From: Octopus bimaculoides
Taxonomy: Eukaryota
Assembly: GCF_001194135.2 (NCBI RefSeq)
Contig: NC_068981.1
Span: 102,019,821-102,081,783 of the forward strand
Length of the DNA stretch: 61,963 nucleotides
Reading direction: 5' to 3'
Part shown: one piece after another, positions 25,013 through 38,679 of the stretch
How the letters are laid out: every line of letters begins with the position of its first letter
How positions within the stretch are numbered: the stretch's first letter is position 1
Program-made: the position numbers and the translations under genes
The notes under the pieces: generated by a model
What the model was told of the DNA's origin: nothing
Databases searched by the model: none
Seen by the model: the letters and a program-made list of their open reading frames with translations, nothing else

Positions 25013-25519
25013 ATAATATTGTACTGCATTATAATGTGTTATATATNNNNNNNNNNNNNNNNNNNNNNNNNNNNNNNNNNNNNNNNNNNNNNNNNNNNNN
25101 NNNNNNNNNNNNNNNNNNNNNNNNNNNNNNNNNNNNNNNNNNNNNNNNNNNNNNNNNNNNNNNNNNNNNNNNNNNNNNNNNNNNNNNNNNNNNNNNNNNN
25201 NNNNNNNNNNNNNNNNNNNNNNNNNNNNNNNNNNNNNNNNNNNNNNNNNNNNNNNNNNNNNNNNNNNNNNNNNNNNNNNNNNNNNNNNNNNNNNNNNNNN
25301 NNNNNTATATATATATATGTATATATATATATATGTGTGTGTGTGTGTCCATTCTTATATATGAATGATTTAATTTCAGGGATGGTGGAATGGATATGTG
25401 TGTATGTACATCTCTATGTGAGTATGTCTGTATGTGAGTGTGTATGTATATATATATGTATCTCAAAGAGTGAGTTTTGAATGTACATGTAATGTTATTT
25501 ATACCTTACCTGTTAAGTT

Positions 25520-25570
<51 letters not shown>

Positions 25571-25856
25571 GCTTAAGATAACAATATAATAACATTATAT
25601 ATTTAAACACATACATGTACACACATATACATATCAACAAGATGTACATGTGTTATGTGTACAATACACGCACACATGCAATAGCATCCACACAGCAACA
25701 AAGAATGAGACGGTAGAATATCTATGATGTAACTATAATAACTTCCATTAAGTCAGGGTAGAAACATCGGCAGATATATCTGAATCAATGAAGCAAGCAT
25801 CTAGGAACATATGGTGAGGAATAACAAGAGGGAAAGAAAGAAATAGTATTTTGTGC

Positions 25857-25923
<67 letters not shown>

Positions 25924-26616
25924 AAGGAGGAGAGTGAGTGAGAGAGAGTATAGTGATGGTGAAATAAACATCCATAATCCAACAAAAACTTCTAAATCTC
26001 AACCAGGAAATCATCAAAGAGGAAGGATCTCACTTGGTTTTTCATAAGAGACTTTAAGCAGTCATGAAAAAACTCAAGATAGATACATTTTCTTTGTACA
26101 ATAAACATGCTATCTTACCTTAGAAACCATCATGTGCTCACACCTACACACACACGTACACACTCGTGCACACACACACACACAAATATACAAGCATTCA
26201 CATATACACATTTCTGCATAGGAACGTAGTTGAACAGGTACACACTTAACTTGATAATGTTGCCGGTAACTCAGCTACTCATTAATAGCTTAATTTTGCA
26301 CATACAAACGGCTAGAAAACTACACTACTCTCCATAAATTCTCTTATTCATACAAACACTATACCTGTCACCATTATTTCAGTCTTTCTTGTTAAGTCAG
26401 TCTGATCAGCAAACATAATCATTGTCATCATCATTTTACATTTGTCTTCCATGCTGGTGTTGGTTGGGCTGTTTGACCAGAGCTGATAAGGCCAGGGGTC
26501 ATACCAGGCTCCATTGTCTGTTTTGGCATGGTTTCTACAGCTGGGATGCAAACAAATCCTGGTTGTCAAGCAATGAAGGAACAAACAACACAAAGACACA
26601 CACATACATATACATA

Positions 26617-27007
26617 CAGGCGTAGGAGTGGCTGTGTGGTAAGTAGCTTGCTTATGAACCACATGGTTCCGGGTTCAGTCCGACTGCGTGGCACCTTGGG
26701 CAAGTGTCTTTCAACTATAGCCTAGGGCCGACCAAAGCCTTGTGAGTGGATTTGGTAGACAGAAACTGAAAGAAGCCTGTTGTATATATGTATATATATG
26801 TATGTGTGTGTGTCTGTGTTTGTCCCCCCACCAACATTGCTTGACAACCGATGCTGTTGTGTTTATGTCTCCGTAACTAAGCAGTTCGGCAAAAGAGACC
26901 AATAGAATAAGTACTAGGCTTACAAAGAATAAGTCCTGGGGTTGATTTTCTCAACTAAAGGCGGTGCTCCAGCATGGCCACAGTCAAATGACTGAAGCAA
27001 GTAAAAG

Positions 27008-27008
<1 letters not shown>
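26617..27008 (+). mobile_element. SINE family A, full length
   Basis: Head ggagtggctgtgtggtaagtagc..ggttcagtc through tail gactgaagcaagtaaaaga. Confidence 0.9.
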
Positions 27009-27068
<60 letters not shown>

Positions 27069-27925
27069 GTCTGAGGGTGAGATTCAGAGATTCTCAGTAC
27101 AGATGACACTTATTACTGCTCAAAAGATTCAAAATTAGACTGTGATGTCTTTACAGGAGATGAATTCCACAGGGTAAAGAATGGCTATACGAGGGATCAA
27201 GTTGAGTGGATAGAGAGAAATATAAAAGTTTGGATATGAAATACAGAATACGCATATATGTATACATGCAATTTATCTAATGTATCTAATTTGTTTATCC
27301 ACATAATTGCCTCTGTAGATATGTATAGACACACATAAGTTGTGTGGCTTAGGGCTATAGTAGAAGCTTCTTGCTCAAGGTGTCCTGTAGTAGAACTGAA
27401 CCCAAAACCGCCTGGTTGCAAAAGAAGCTTCTTATCCACACAACCATGTCTGATGTATACAGAAAAAGTATGTGGAATATTCAGCCACTTACTAACAATA
27501 CAATTCAATGATTATGTGTTTCAGTTTATTGAACAATTGGAATTATTGATCACCAACACTTATTATATAGAATCAAATCCTGAACATTACTCTCAAGGAA
27601 GTTTGATATTTTGCAAGTCTTTTAAATGAGATGCCTGTGCTGAATCCCGTGAGTAGAGCAGATTAACTCTGTTTTAAGAATGATTACATTTGATGGATTT
27701 GTTCTTGCCAACTAGCCATTTCTGAATCAATTCAGAAACACTGATTTCACATAAATGGCCATATAAACTGAAATGGATCATTGTGAGTTGCCATACAGAC
27801 TTAGATATCTCCAGCCATAAAAATAAGAAATATACAAAAGAATACAGAAAAAAAGACCAGGTTAGAAATGATCCAAAAAGATCTGCAAAACCTAAATATA
27901 ACCATTAATGATGCTGTACAATTGG

Positions 27926-28300
27926 CATTGCTGTATGGTAAGAAGTTTGCTTCTCAACCACATGATTGCAGGTTTAGTCCCACTGCATGGCACCTTGGGC
28001 ATCTACTGTAGCCTCTGGCCAAACAAAGCCTTGTGAGTGGATTTGGTAGACAAAAACTAAAAGAAGTCTGTCATAAATATATATATGTGTGTGTATGTGT
28101 GTTTGTACCCAACCAGTGCTTGACAACTGATGCTGGTGTGTTTATGTCTCTGTAACTTAGTGGTTCAGCAAAAGTGACCAATAGAATAAGTACCAGGCTT
28201 AAAACAAAAAGTAAGTATTAAGGTCAGTTCATTTAACTAAAAGTTCTCCAAGGTGGTGACCCAGCATGGCCGCAGACTAATGACTGAAACAAGTAAAAGA
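27926..28300 (+). mobile_element. SINE family A
   Basis: Head to tail gactgaaacaagtaaaaga recognisable. Confidence 0.8.
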
Positions 28301-28325
28301 TGTATTTATATATATATATATATTT

Positions 28326-28560
28326 AAAAAAATAATAATCAGGTACTCAGATGTCAGGATGGTTGTATATTTACAGATTTTTATTCATATGTCACATGTT
28401 TTATAAATTAACACTTTCACCTAGTCTTGTAGGTTTATCAAAATTTGATAAACCTACAAGACTAGGTGAAAGTTCTAATTTATAAAACATGTGACATATG
28501 ATTAAAAATCTGTAAATATACAACCATCCAGACATCTGAGTACCTGATTATTATTTTTTC
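28326..28560. repeat. 235-bp near-perfect palindrome
   Basis: Symmetry centre at 28443, 1-nt spacer, no indels, about 4 mismatches; TA-rich flanks. Confidence 0.92.
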
Positions 28561-31500
28561 TAATATATAATTCCTGTACATCACCTCCAAATCTCCAAAT
28601 CATATGTATATATGGATAGATAGACAGACAGATCTGGAAGGAAATTGTGCATATGCAATGATTGCTTAAAGAGAACAGAGAGATAAGGGGGTGACAGTAT
28701 TATCATTTTGGTGTAAAGGATGATATCAATGATGATGATACCAATGGTACAGTGACCTGATCAGCTTTACTGGAATAAGAATTCATATCACACAAAGAGT
28801 TAACTGAACTAAGTATTTAACTAGTATTACTTAACTTATTTTTTGAATGGTGTGATACTGGATTTTGGTTAAGGAGTGCAAACATGTAGCTTCTATCTTG
28901 AGATGTAAGACAGAGAGATTATGAATATCAATCTGGCTGTTACATGGATGAAGATTTAATAGGTATCCATGTCAGAAGGTGCTAAACTGCACACCTGAAG
29001 ATCTGGTTTAACTTACCAGTCTTCATCTTAATATGATAATTACAGATGGCTGAGATGATAGACTATTTTACAACCAGCAGCACATTGACTGTGAAATTTA
29101 TCACAGGTGTTTACTCTATCCATAAACTAGAAACTTTGTTCTCAATAACACAATTTACGTAACTACAAGGAAGAACCAAGATATGGTACAGTTTATTTAA
29201 ATAAGAAATTAAAAAGCATTGTAAAACTGACAAATGCAATTGATAGCTGTGTTACTGCATTCATCCCCCAGAAGAGGCGTTTCATCTCATTGGTTTCATA
29301 CATCAGACAAAGTGTACCACGGCAGCAACCATGAGGGTCCAGTCTCAGACATGTAGACGGAAGTGGTTTCAACTTTTATAAACACCTTATTCTGGTAACT
29401 GACCACTTAAGGCATTACTAAAGAGTTAAGGCATTACTGAATAGGGTATCAATAATGACAGGATGCTAGTGGTGAAAGGATACTATAAGATGGGGTAGTA
29501 TTAGGGTTCCACACAAAAGCGTGTTGATAGCTTATCACAGGATAGGGCACTAACATCAGCAGAGGTTCGCATAATTACCATTTGTGTCACCAACATTATA
29601 ACTGTTATTAACACTTAATTTCTTTATTGTTATAAATATTACCACTAAGAATCATCATTATCATCACTGCCCTGCTCCATTATCATCATCACTACCGCCA
29701 ATAGTGTCATTTAAAATCTGTTTGTCCATGATGGAATGGATTGGCTGGCTCTCAGAGTATCTTGTTACACATTGCAGTCCTTGTCATCTAACACACATAA
29801 CAAAAGAAACCCATCAACATTGTCCTTCTCATCACAAACTATAAATACCAGCATCAATGGTAACACAAGCATGAAGCTAACGAGGGCATATCAACACAGG
29901 TATTAAATTGACAACAAACAAACAAATCTCTCTCAAAGAAAAAAAATTAACCCATTACTTCCCATAATTCTATTAACTGGAATTTTTTTTATGAAACTTT
30001 GATTTCTAGCATAAAACAGCCTTAGAAACACGCTGTAATGATCAAAATAACATTTTAAATAGAAATAAGCAAGATATTGGGTGAAAAAATAACAAACCTC
30101 ATTTGAATATCAGAGAAATATACCTAGTAGATATAGCAAAAAGGTTAGATATGTGTAAATATTGACAGATAATTACGAAATTTGTAATTTTTAAGTGATC
30201 TCATATGAGATCACTGGTAGGTAATGGGTTAATGGAGGGTTAATTTCACCAGTTTCAAACCTAGTTGGTTGTTCATTAGGCTTACCTTTACTAATCTTTT
30301 AAAATTATCCATACACACTTTTTAGTGCATGAATAATTAATCTGTTGGCCGGACATGAGCAGAAGAATGCAATTTGAACTGATCCTGGCAACACTTCAAC
30401 TTGTGGACCAAATAATATTTCATTGATTTATCCGACAACTAAACTAAGGTTTTTCCGTATAGACATGGGGTGGGGATGGGGAAGGAAATTTTCCAACTAA
30501 AACAATTGCAATAAATAAAAAAAAAAACGAAAACATAAAACACCACCAATCAATGACAAATCCAATTATAACATTTTATAAGCACCAACACCACCACCTC
30601 CGACAAAACCAACATCAACTGCAACACTAACATTACTAACTCCACCAACACCAATCAGTTAGTCTATATGTTCAGCATGGAGAAATCATGAAGTGATGAC
30701 AGTATGGGAGAAAGAGAGAAAGAAAGAGAGAGATGGAGAGAGAGAGAGAGAGATGAAGAGAAAGAGAAAGCAAAAGAGAGGGGGTAAATGGAGGCACAGA
30801 GAGAAAGACAGAAAGAGTTATGAGTGAAATTTCATTTTTCGTTATATGATTGATTTTTTAAAAAATTCTAAGGGAGTGTGCATATGTGCGTGTGTATGTG
30901 TGTGTGGGGGGGGGGGATGTCACATGAAATAAAAGCAACTAACCAACAACAAAAATAAATAAATAAAAGAATTAAAATATGGTGGATTTTTTTTCTTCTC
31001 TACAATTTTACAATGAAAGATGGAGCAAAGTTCTGGATCTAGAAAGGAAATATTGAAATAAGCGAATAAAAAGAAAAATTACTTTTTCCAAATATTTATT
31101 GATTTACACATCTGATAAGTATGAATAAATAAGAAGAAGAAAAAAGAAAACAACCNNNNNNNNNNNNNNNNNNNNNNNNNNNNNNNNNNNNNNNNNNNNN
31201 NNNNNNNNNNNNNNNNNNNNNNNNNNNNNNNNNNNNNNNNNNNNNNNNNNNNNNNNNNNNNNNNNNNNNNNNNNNNNNNNNNNNNNNNNNNNNNNNNNNN
31301 NNNNNNNNNNNNNNNNNNNNNNNNNNNNNNNNNNNNNNNNNNNNNNNNNNNNNNNNNNNNNNNNNNNNNNNNNNNNNNNNNNNNNNNNNNNNNNNNNNNN
31401 NNNNNNNNNNNNNNNNNNNNNNNNNNNNNNNNNNNNNNNNNNNNNNNNNNNNNNNNNNNNNNNNNNNNNNNNNNNNNNNNNNNNNNNNNNNNNNNNNNNN

Positions 31501-31738
31501 NNNNNNNNNNNNNNNNNNNNNNNNNNNNNNNNNNNNNTATAATATTTATCTTCCAATGTCGTGTTGAGCACTCATTCTCAATGATATTAGTGTGTGTGTT
31601 TATGTATATATACACACAGATATATATATGCACGCACACACACTCACACACACATTTTCATACCTACATAGAATACATAAATGCAGACATACATGATGCA
31701 CATGTGTATATTTAAATGTGTGGGTGTATGCTTCTATG

Positions 31739-31789
<51 letters not shown>

Positions 31790-32736
31790 GTGTGTGTACA
31801 CATATACATATACGTTTATGCCTATATACATTTGTCTGTATGAAATGTTTCAACTTAGCTGTGTGGTAGATGCCTAAAGTTACATATATGTTGACACACA
31901 CACACAAGCATACACCCAGATAATGTGCATGTTTGTATAAGAACAGCTCTGGGTGTACACATGCATTTTTACAGCAATCATTACTTAATTTTATCATGTT
32001 TTATTAGATAAAGTGTTTTGGTAAAACGCATATTCTTTAATTCTTAAATGTATGAAATATTAAATTTTTTTTTCCCTGTTTACAAACTCAGAAAATTAAA
32101 GTAATGGGTGTGTTACGTGTATATATGGACATAAATAAATATATGCATAAGTGTGCATGTGTGGGTATATGTATCTATGAATATATATTGATGCACACAC
32201 ATAAATGTAATCTGTATGTATATATATATATATATGTATCTCTCCCTTTTTCTCTTTCCACACACACATACATATATGGGCACTTCTGTACACACACATA
32301 GACAGAAACATGTGTATGCATACTAACCAATACTAGCAATAATCATATTACAAATATGCATCCACACATGCAGACACACACTAATAAATACTAATGTAGT
32401 ACATGTATGGACATATATAATAGACACCATGAATATTTATAAATCTTTGGAGTAAAGAAGGTGAGAAAATTTATGAAGATATGGTTTGTTGTGATTTATA
32501 TTGATGAGTGTCCTTTCTTTGTAATGTCCATTCAAGATATTAATTGCGACTCAAATGGTACCACAAACAAATGATAAAGATAATGTTTGTATGTATAAGG
32601 TGTGTATGCTTATATATATATGTGAGTATGTGTGTGTGTAAATACATATACATATATATAGAGATACATACATTTATATAAATTTTTATATATATACATA
32701 CATATACAACTGGGTGTGTATGTATGTGTGTGTATA

Positions 32737-32772
<36 letters not shown>

Positions 32773-33860
32773 CACACATACACAGAATTACACATTTGTG
32801 TGCGTATACTCATGTATATACATGTTTATTCATAAATACACACATACACAAAAATACATTTCTATGTGTATATATTCGTGCATATATATATGCTTACATA
32901 TTCATACATATCTGTGCACGTGTGATTTTATATATATATATATATGTATATATGTGCTTTTATAAATACATATTTATATATATACACAAGTGTGGTTTTA
33001 TATCATCATCCTCATTTAATGTCCACTTTCTGATACCCACACACACACACAAAAACATATACTCACACACACACACACACACACACACACATAAACACAC
33101 ACAAAAACATATACTCTCACACACACAAACACATAAATTCAGTAAATTTGAGCAATAAATTTCATTCTAGTTCAACCAGCTGCTATTTTTAAATCATGAA
33201 AACTAATAGGTAAAAAGGTCATGGTTGGCTGAGATGTAAACTAAATATGATCACAGTCAACGTGTGTGTGTGTGTGTGTGTGTGAGCTGTTTCTATTTCT
33301 GATGGAAGCCATTTCATTTGTTATCGTCCTTTTTATAAAACATCCTCCCCCACTCTATTAAGACAGCAATTTTATGTTGCTGGTCAGTTTTGGATTCAAA
33401 GCCTCCATTGGTGAGGGGTTGGGTGAGGGTAGGGTGACAGAATCTGAATTTGCTTTTTGGTTCTGCCTCTGCCATGTTTACAAAGGCTATGTTTGATATG
33501 AGCCAATGGGTGAGCTTCTCTGTGGTTTATGGGACATGCTTGAAATAACTGACAAATTTACCTCAAATCATGCCTTACTGTCTTAAAAAAGGAGAAAAGG
33601 AAAATTAAAAAATTTTGGACATGGTACTACATGTTATGAAAAAAGGGTTTTGTATTAATAACAAAAGAAATTAGTGAAAAACTGAAAAAAATCCTGAAAA
33701 ACTCCTCCATACAAAAGACATATGATTACAAAAAGAGAACTTTTTCTCTTTGAGTCTGCAACCCCTAAAAGAGGACATAGGAGTGCTGTTGATTGCATAC
33801 AAGATATCTTGGGCATTTTGATGCTAGAAGAACCAATCCTTCTGTGGGCCTGATCACACT

Positions 33861-33902
<42 letters not shown>

Positions 33903-34373
33903 AATTGACTCTAGTACTGAACAGGTATTCTATTATCAATCCTGAGATAATACCAAAGCTGATCTTGACAAGATTTAAACTAAGGAAAAAGATAGCCACA
34001 AGAGCATATTCAAGCTAATGAAAAAGGAGCATGTGGTGTCACTCTATATTAGAGGTGTCAAATTCATTGGGCTTTGAAGGCTAGATTAAAGCCTGAACCA
34101 GTTCTTGAGCTCTGGATTGGGACAGTTATACATAAAAACCCTATTCTTAATGTAAGCCAAAGTAAATGGATAAAGAGGTCAATACATACATTCACAACTC
34201 TATTAGCAATACAGAAAGGAAAGAAAATGAAGTGATAGCAGAGTGTGTATACAGAGATGTGTGGTAAAAACTCATCCACATGGAATATATATATGTACAC
34301 TCCTATTAAGCAAAAGTTTACAGAATGAGAATAGGCATAAAAATTGTCCAAATGAATGCATAGTTCCTTATAA

Positions 34374-34622
34374 CAATGGTACTGAACCTTTTTTGCATCA
34401 GGTATCAGTTTCATGCAAGGCAATTTTTCCATGGACTGTGGGTGGTGGAGTGACACACATAACAAAACACTAAGTGCATAATATATAATCTAATTATTAC
34501 ACATATAATGCAAAAACACCTTGAAGATTGTGATAACCAATAAAATAGAAATAATATTTAAAAATCTATTTTCTTTCTGTGTGGCCCAGTATTGGTCTGT
34601 GGCCTGGTGGTGGGGATTCCTG
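34374..34622. mobile_element. hAT MITE with MER1/Charlie3-like ends
   Basis: caatggtactgaaccttttttgcatcaggtatcagtttcatgcaaggcaatttttccatggac ... ggtctgtggcctggtggtggggattcctg; TSD ccttataa / ctttataa. Confidence 0.72.
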
Positions 34623-34887
34623 CTTTATAAGACCAATATTTAATAGAAAGCTTATACTGTTTCAGTTGCATAACATTTCAGTATCGTTTATATCAATAAA
34701 ACCCATTTGAAAGAACATGTGCATACATTTGGGAAGACAATTTTGTATGATTCAATGTATATAGACTATGTGAAGGGAAAATAAGACAAGATGTGTTCCA
34801 GTGGTTTGGAGACATTTTTAAGAGAGGCAGTTATAACTGTCTTGGATTATTGCAATTTTAGTATATCATTAAAGTGACGAGCTAGGA

Positions 34888-35075
34888 GAATCATTAGCAT
34901 GCCAAGTAAAATGCTTAGTGGCCTTTTGTTTGTCTTTACATTCTGCATTCAAATTCTATCGGGGTTGACTTTGTCTTTCATCTTTCAGGGTTAATAAAAT
35001 AAGCACTTGTGGAGCAGTGGGGTTGATGTAATCGACTTACCTCCACCCTTGAACTTGTACCAAAATTTGAAACCA
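34888..35075 (+). mobile_element. SINE family B (diverged)
   Basis: gaatcattagcatgcc..aaatgcttag..gactttgtctttcatc block. Confidence 0.7.
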
Positions 35076-35254
35076 ATTTTAGTATACCATTACTGTGCAT
35101 CTAATAAGCTGACCTGTCAACTTCTGTTATTCCAGACTGAAGGAGACAGCTGTAATAGCACTTTGAATACACCCTACTAAACACTGCTTATCACAGCTGA
35201 CTAGTTTGCTGATAGATTAGCTTGCATGAGCTGAGCAGTTGCTTTTCACTGACA

Positions 35255-35768
35255 CACGAGGCCAGACAGAGCAAGTCAGTCAGGAAGCTCATTATGATTC
35301 CATTTTTCAACAGCAAGGGCATCATCTACATCCATCAGGTTTCCTCTAGCTAAACAGTCAACAGAGAGTACTTAGTGCTGATTTTGAGAGGGTTCTGGAA
35401 GAGAGTTTGTTGCAAAAGTTCAGAGCATATGCACCAGTCCACAATCTTATCTTGGTAATCAACTATTTGACAGATATGGTTATCAAAACTATTCCTAACC
35501 CTCCCTACAATCCAGACCTTGCTCCTTGAAACTTTTGGGTTTTTTTTTCCATAAGCTGAAAAAGAAGATGAAGGAGGCTGTGACAAGGGTCCTGAGTACA
35601 TTCATTTTAGAGGACTTAGACAGGGTCTTCACAAAGTGGCTGGAGTGCTGCAACAAGTGAATTCAAGTCAGAAGATCCTACTTTGAAGGAGATCAGAGTT
35701 TTGTACTTCTTTGTAATTAATAAATGTCTTTCTTAAAGAAGTCTCGAAACTTCTGGAATGCACCTTGT
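35255..35768 (+). mobile_element. Mariner transposase C-terminal fragment with probable right TIR
   Basis: Degenerate FNSKGII.., PPYNPDLAP and YFEGD motifs, followed by gaaacttctggaatgcacct. Confidence 0.7.
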
Positions 35769-36585
35769 TAATGAATTCATAAACTTCAGTTGCGTGAGCT
35801 GGGAAAACAAAAGATTCCCTCAGAGGAATTGATTTGATTTATCAGAGCCAGTTTTAACCATAACTCTAGTTGAGCTCTAACTCTGAATACATGTTAAGAA
35901 TATATATTTTTACAAAATATTTTAAAATTAAAAAATAAAATTCTTTTTATAAAATTGAGTTAGGGTTTTTGACTAGGCATTGGTACAGGCTGAATCTGGA
36001 CCATGGGTCAATTGTTTCATATCCATGTTCTATACAGTCACCTGATCTGCTAGAAATAACTAATTTCTTCCACTTCACACCTTCCTTTATTCTGATGCGT
36101 GTGTGTTTGTTTGTGTGCATGCACCAGACTGAAATAAATACTGGGATATGATTGACTAAAACCTCGATGGCACTGCCCCAACATAGTTACAGCTCAATAA
36201 CAATGAACGAACAGAAGAAAAGGTGAATACCCAAGAGTATGTGTGTTTCAAAAGTTTAATATGAATATTGACATGATGCAGTTGTTTTTGTTTCATTACA
36301 CATTTTCAGATCAAACAACTTGCTAAATAAATACATCAGGAAGAAGTCAAGTATCTTGGAAGATTGCCAATTTGGGGTATGTTTGCATACTTTCTCATTT
36401 CCAGTGCAATTGGATTGTCCCCTTTGATATGGTGAGTGATTTCTAAATGCATTGTTTATAAGAATTATCATTAGTAGGTTTAACTTCATCTAAAGAACAT
36501 GCAGAAATAACATTGATTATTATATAACAGTTGTCTGACTGATCAATTAAATATCTAAAAATATATCCATATATTATATTTAGGT

Positions 36586-36722
36586 GCAGGTGTGGCTACG
36601 TGGTTTAGCAGCTTGGTTCCCAACCATGTGGCCTTGGGGTTCAGTCCCACTGCATGGCACCTTGGGCAAGTGTTTTCTACTATAACCTCAGGCCGGTCAA
36701 AGCCTTGAGTGAATTTGATTTG
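36586..36722 (+). mobile_element. SINE family A head (rest lies in N gap)
   Basis: gtggctacgtggtttagcagc..ggttcagtcccactgcatggcaccttgggcaag. Confidence 0.8.
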
Positions 36723-36914
36723 NNNNNNNNNNNNNNNNNNNNNNNNNNNNNNNNNNNNNNNNNNNNNNNNNNNNNNNNNNNNNNNNNNNNNNNNNNNNNN
36801 NNNNNNNNNNNNNNNNNNNNNNNNNNNNNNNNNNNNNNNNNNNNNNNNNNNNNNNNNNNNNNNNNNNNNNNNNNNNNNNNNNNNNNNNNNNNNNNNNNNN
36901 NNNNNNNNNNNNNN

Positions 36915-36990
<76 letters not shown>

Positions 36991-37028
36991 GAAATATATA
37001 TATATATATATATACACACGCACACACA

Positions 37029-37241
37029 TGGAGGTGCTGAAAAGTTCCTGGCTTTACAGGTATTGCAAAAGGCCTGGTAGGAGGCTCAATCTTCTGAGTT
37101 CTTTTACAGAGTTTAGAAAAACTGAAGGACAGTTGCAATAAGTGTGTGAATCTGAGAAAGGAATATGTTGAATAAAATCATAATTAACTGATCCTTCTGT
37201 ATTTTCTTTTACCCAAAGCCAGGAACTTTTCAGCACTCCCA
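37029..37241 (+). mobile_element. Mariner-derived MITE
   Basis: TIRs gaggtgctgaaaagttcctggcttt / aaagccaggaacttttcagcactcc; interior encodes KLKDSCNKCVNLRKEYVE*. Confidence 0.82.
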
Positions 37242-38679
37242 TGTCAATATGTGTGTATATGTGCAATGGTTGTAAATGAACGTTACCATATATGCAAAGT
37301 TACTTGTTTCCAGACTTCTCTGTGAAAATACATGTCTAGCTATGGGAAAATATCACATTGCTTGGACAGAGGTGAGGGTTGGTGAGAGTAAGGACATCAG
37401 GCTGTAGAAAAATCTGCCTCAACAAATTCTGACTGTTCCATGCCAACATAGGAAAGTGAACATTAAAAGATGATGATGATACTTAAAATTTTGCCAGCTG
37501 GAGTGACAGAACTTAGTACCCAAGTTATTAAGAGATTTTTCCATGTGTGAACTAACAAACATAATAGTGTCTCACTTTGGAAAACAAGGAATGAAATGTA
37601 GATATGAATTCAGTAAGCTGCAACACAGGCAACCTACCTAGCAGATAGGTAACTTTGGAAAAAATATGGTTGGTGATAGGAAGGGTATCCAGCTGTAAAA
37701 AGAAAAAAAACAAAAAAATCTAGAAGCATGCCAAACAAAACATACAAACAACAATGACTGGTGGCTTTCTCTATTCCTGTGTGCAAGATGTTGATGGTTG
37801 TGACAATTGCTGAGATGGTGTCAAAAACATTCAGCATATGCTAGATATTGAAAAACAGACTTCAAATAATGACAATGATAATAACCAGAAGGCACCATTT
37901 CATAATTTTGTGGGAGAGGGGTAGGCATAGTTGAGTGGGTAAATCTCATTTGATGACTGGTATTTCTTTATACTGAGGTCAATAATCTTTCCATAGAAAG
38001 ATGTATTAAAATGTAAAGTGGGTAAGACAAAATAGCATGAGGTATCTAGTCCAGCACCCTACTGTCTGCCATTCTACTAATTTGTTATTTATTAACTACT
38101 TAGTACAAATAAATAAAGGACCTTTATGTGGTCATTCAAATAACTAGAAATAGCAGCCAAATCTCCCCCAGAACACACTGTACTGTTCTAAAATAAGGAG
38201 ACAACGATGTAGTTTTAGATGTATGTAACAAAAAGAAAGAGTTTGTGGTTGTGATGTAATTCTTTACTGTATTGTTAGCTGTAATATTAAACACACCTCT
38301 CTCTAGAGGTATTTAATTACTGCCTACCCTCACATACATCAAGGAGCATATATAATTACTACCTAAACATACCACCCTCTAGAAGTGCATAATTATTGCC
38401 AAAACACACCTCCCTCAAGCAGTGTGTTTAATTAGTAGCTTTGAAGTCATCTAAATTTTATTTGTGGAAGAAATAACACAATAAATGGGACATTTAGAGT
38501 GACAGAAATATTCAACTTGTGTTGACTCAAAAATGATTCAGTTGTTTTATCTACACATGCACTGAGAACAGATGTATATTTGTAAGCATATTATCTTCTA
38601 TACGTGTATGTGCTTGTAAAATTTGTAATGTATTTTTTGTTAATAATGTTTGGCTTTTAACCTTTATAATAATGTAAAG

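Noticed and set aside
29270-29400. Higher-complexity unique segment with a plausible acceptor on the plus strand and a 59-codon frame on the minus strand
   Set aside because: Plus frames all stop before the donor, the minus acceptor is weak, and no recognisable homology
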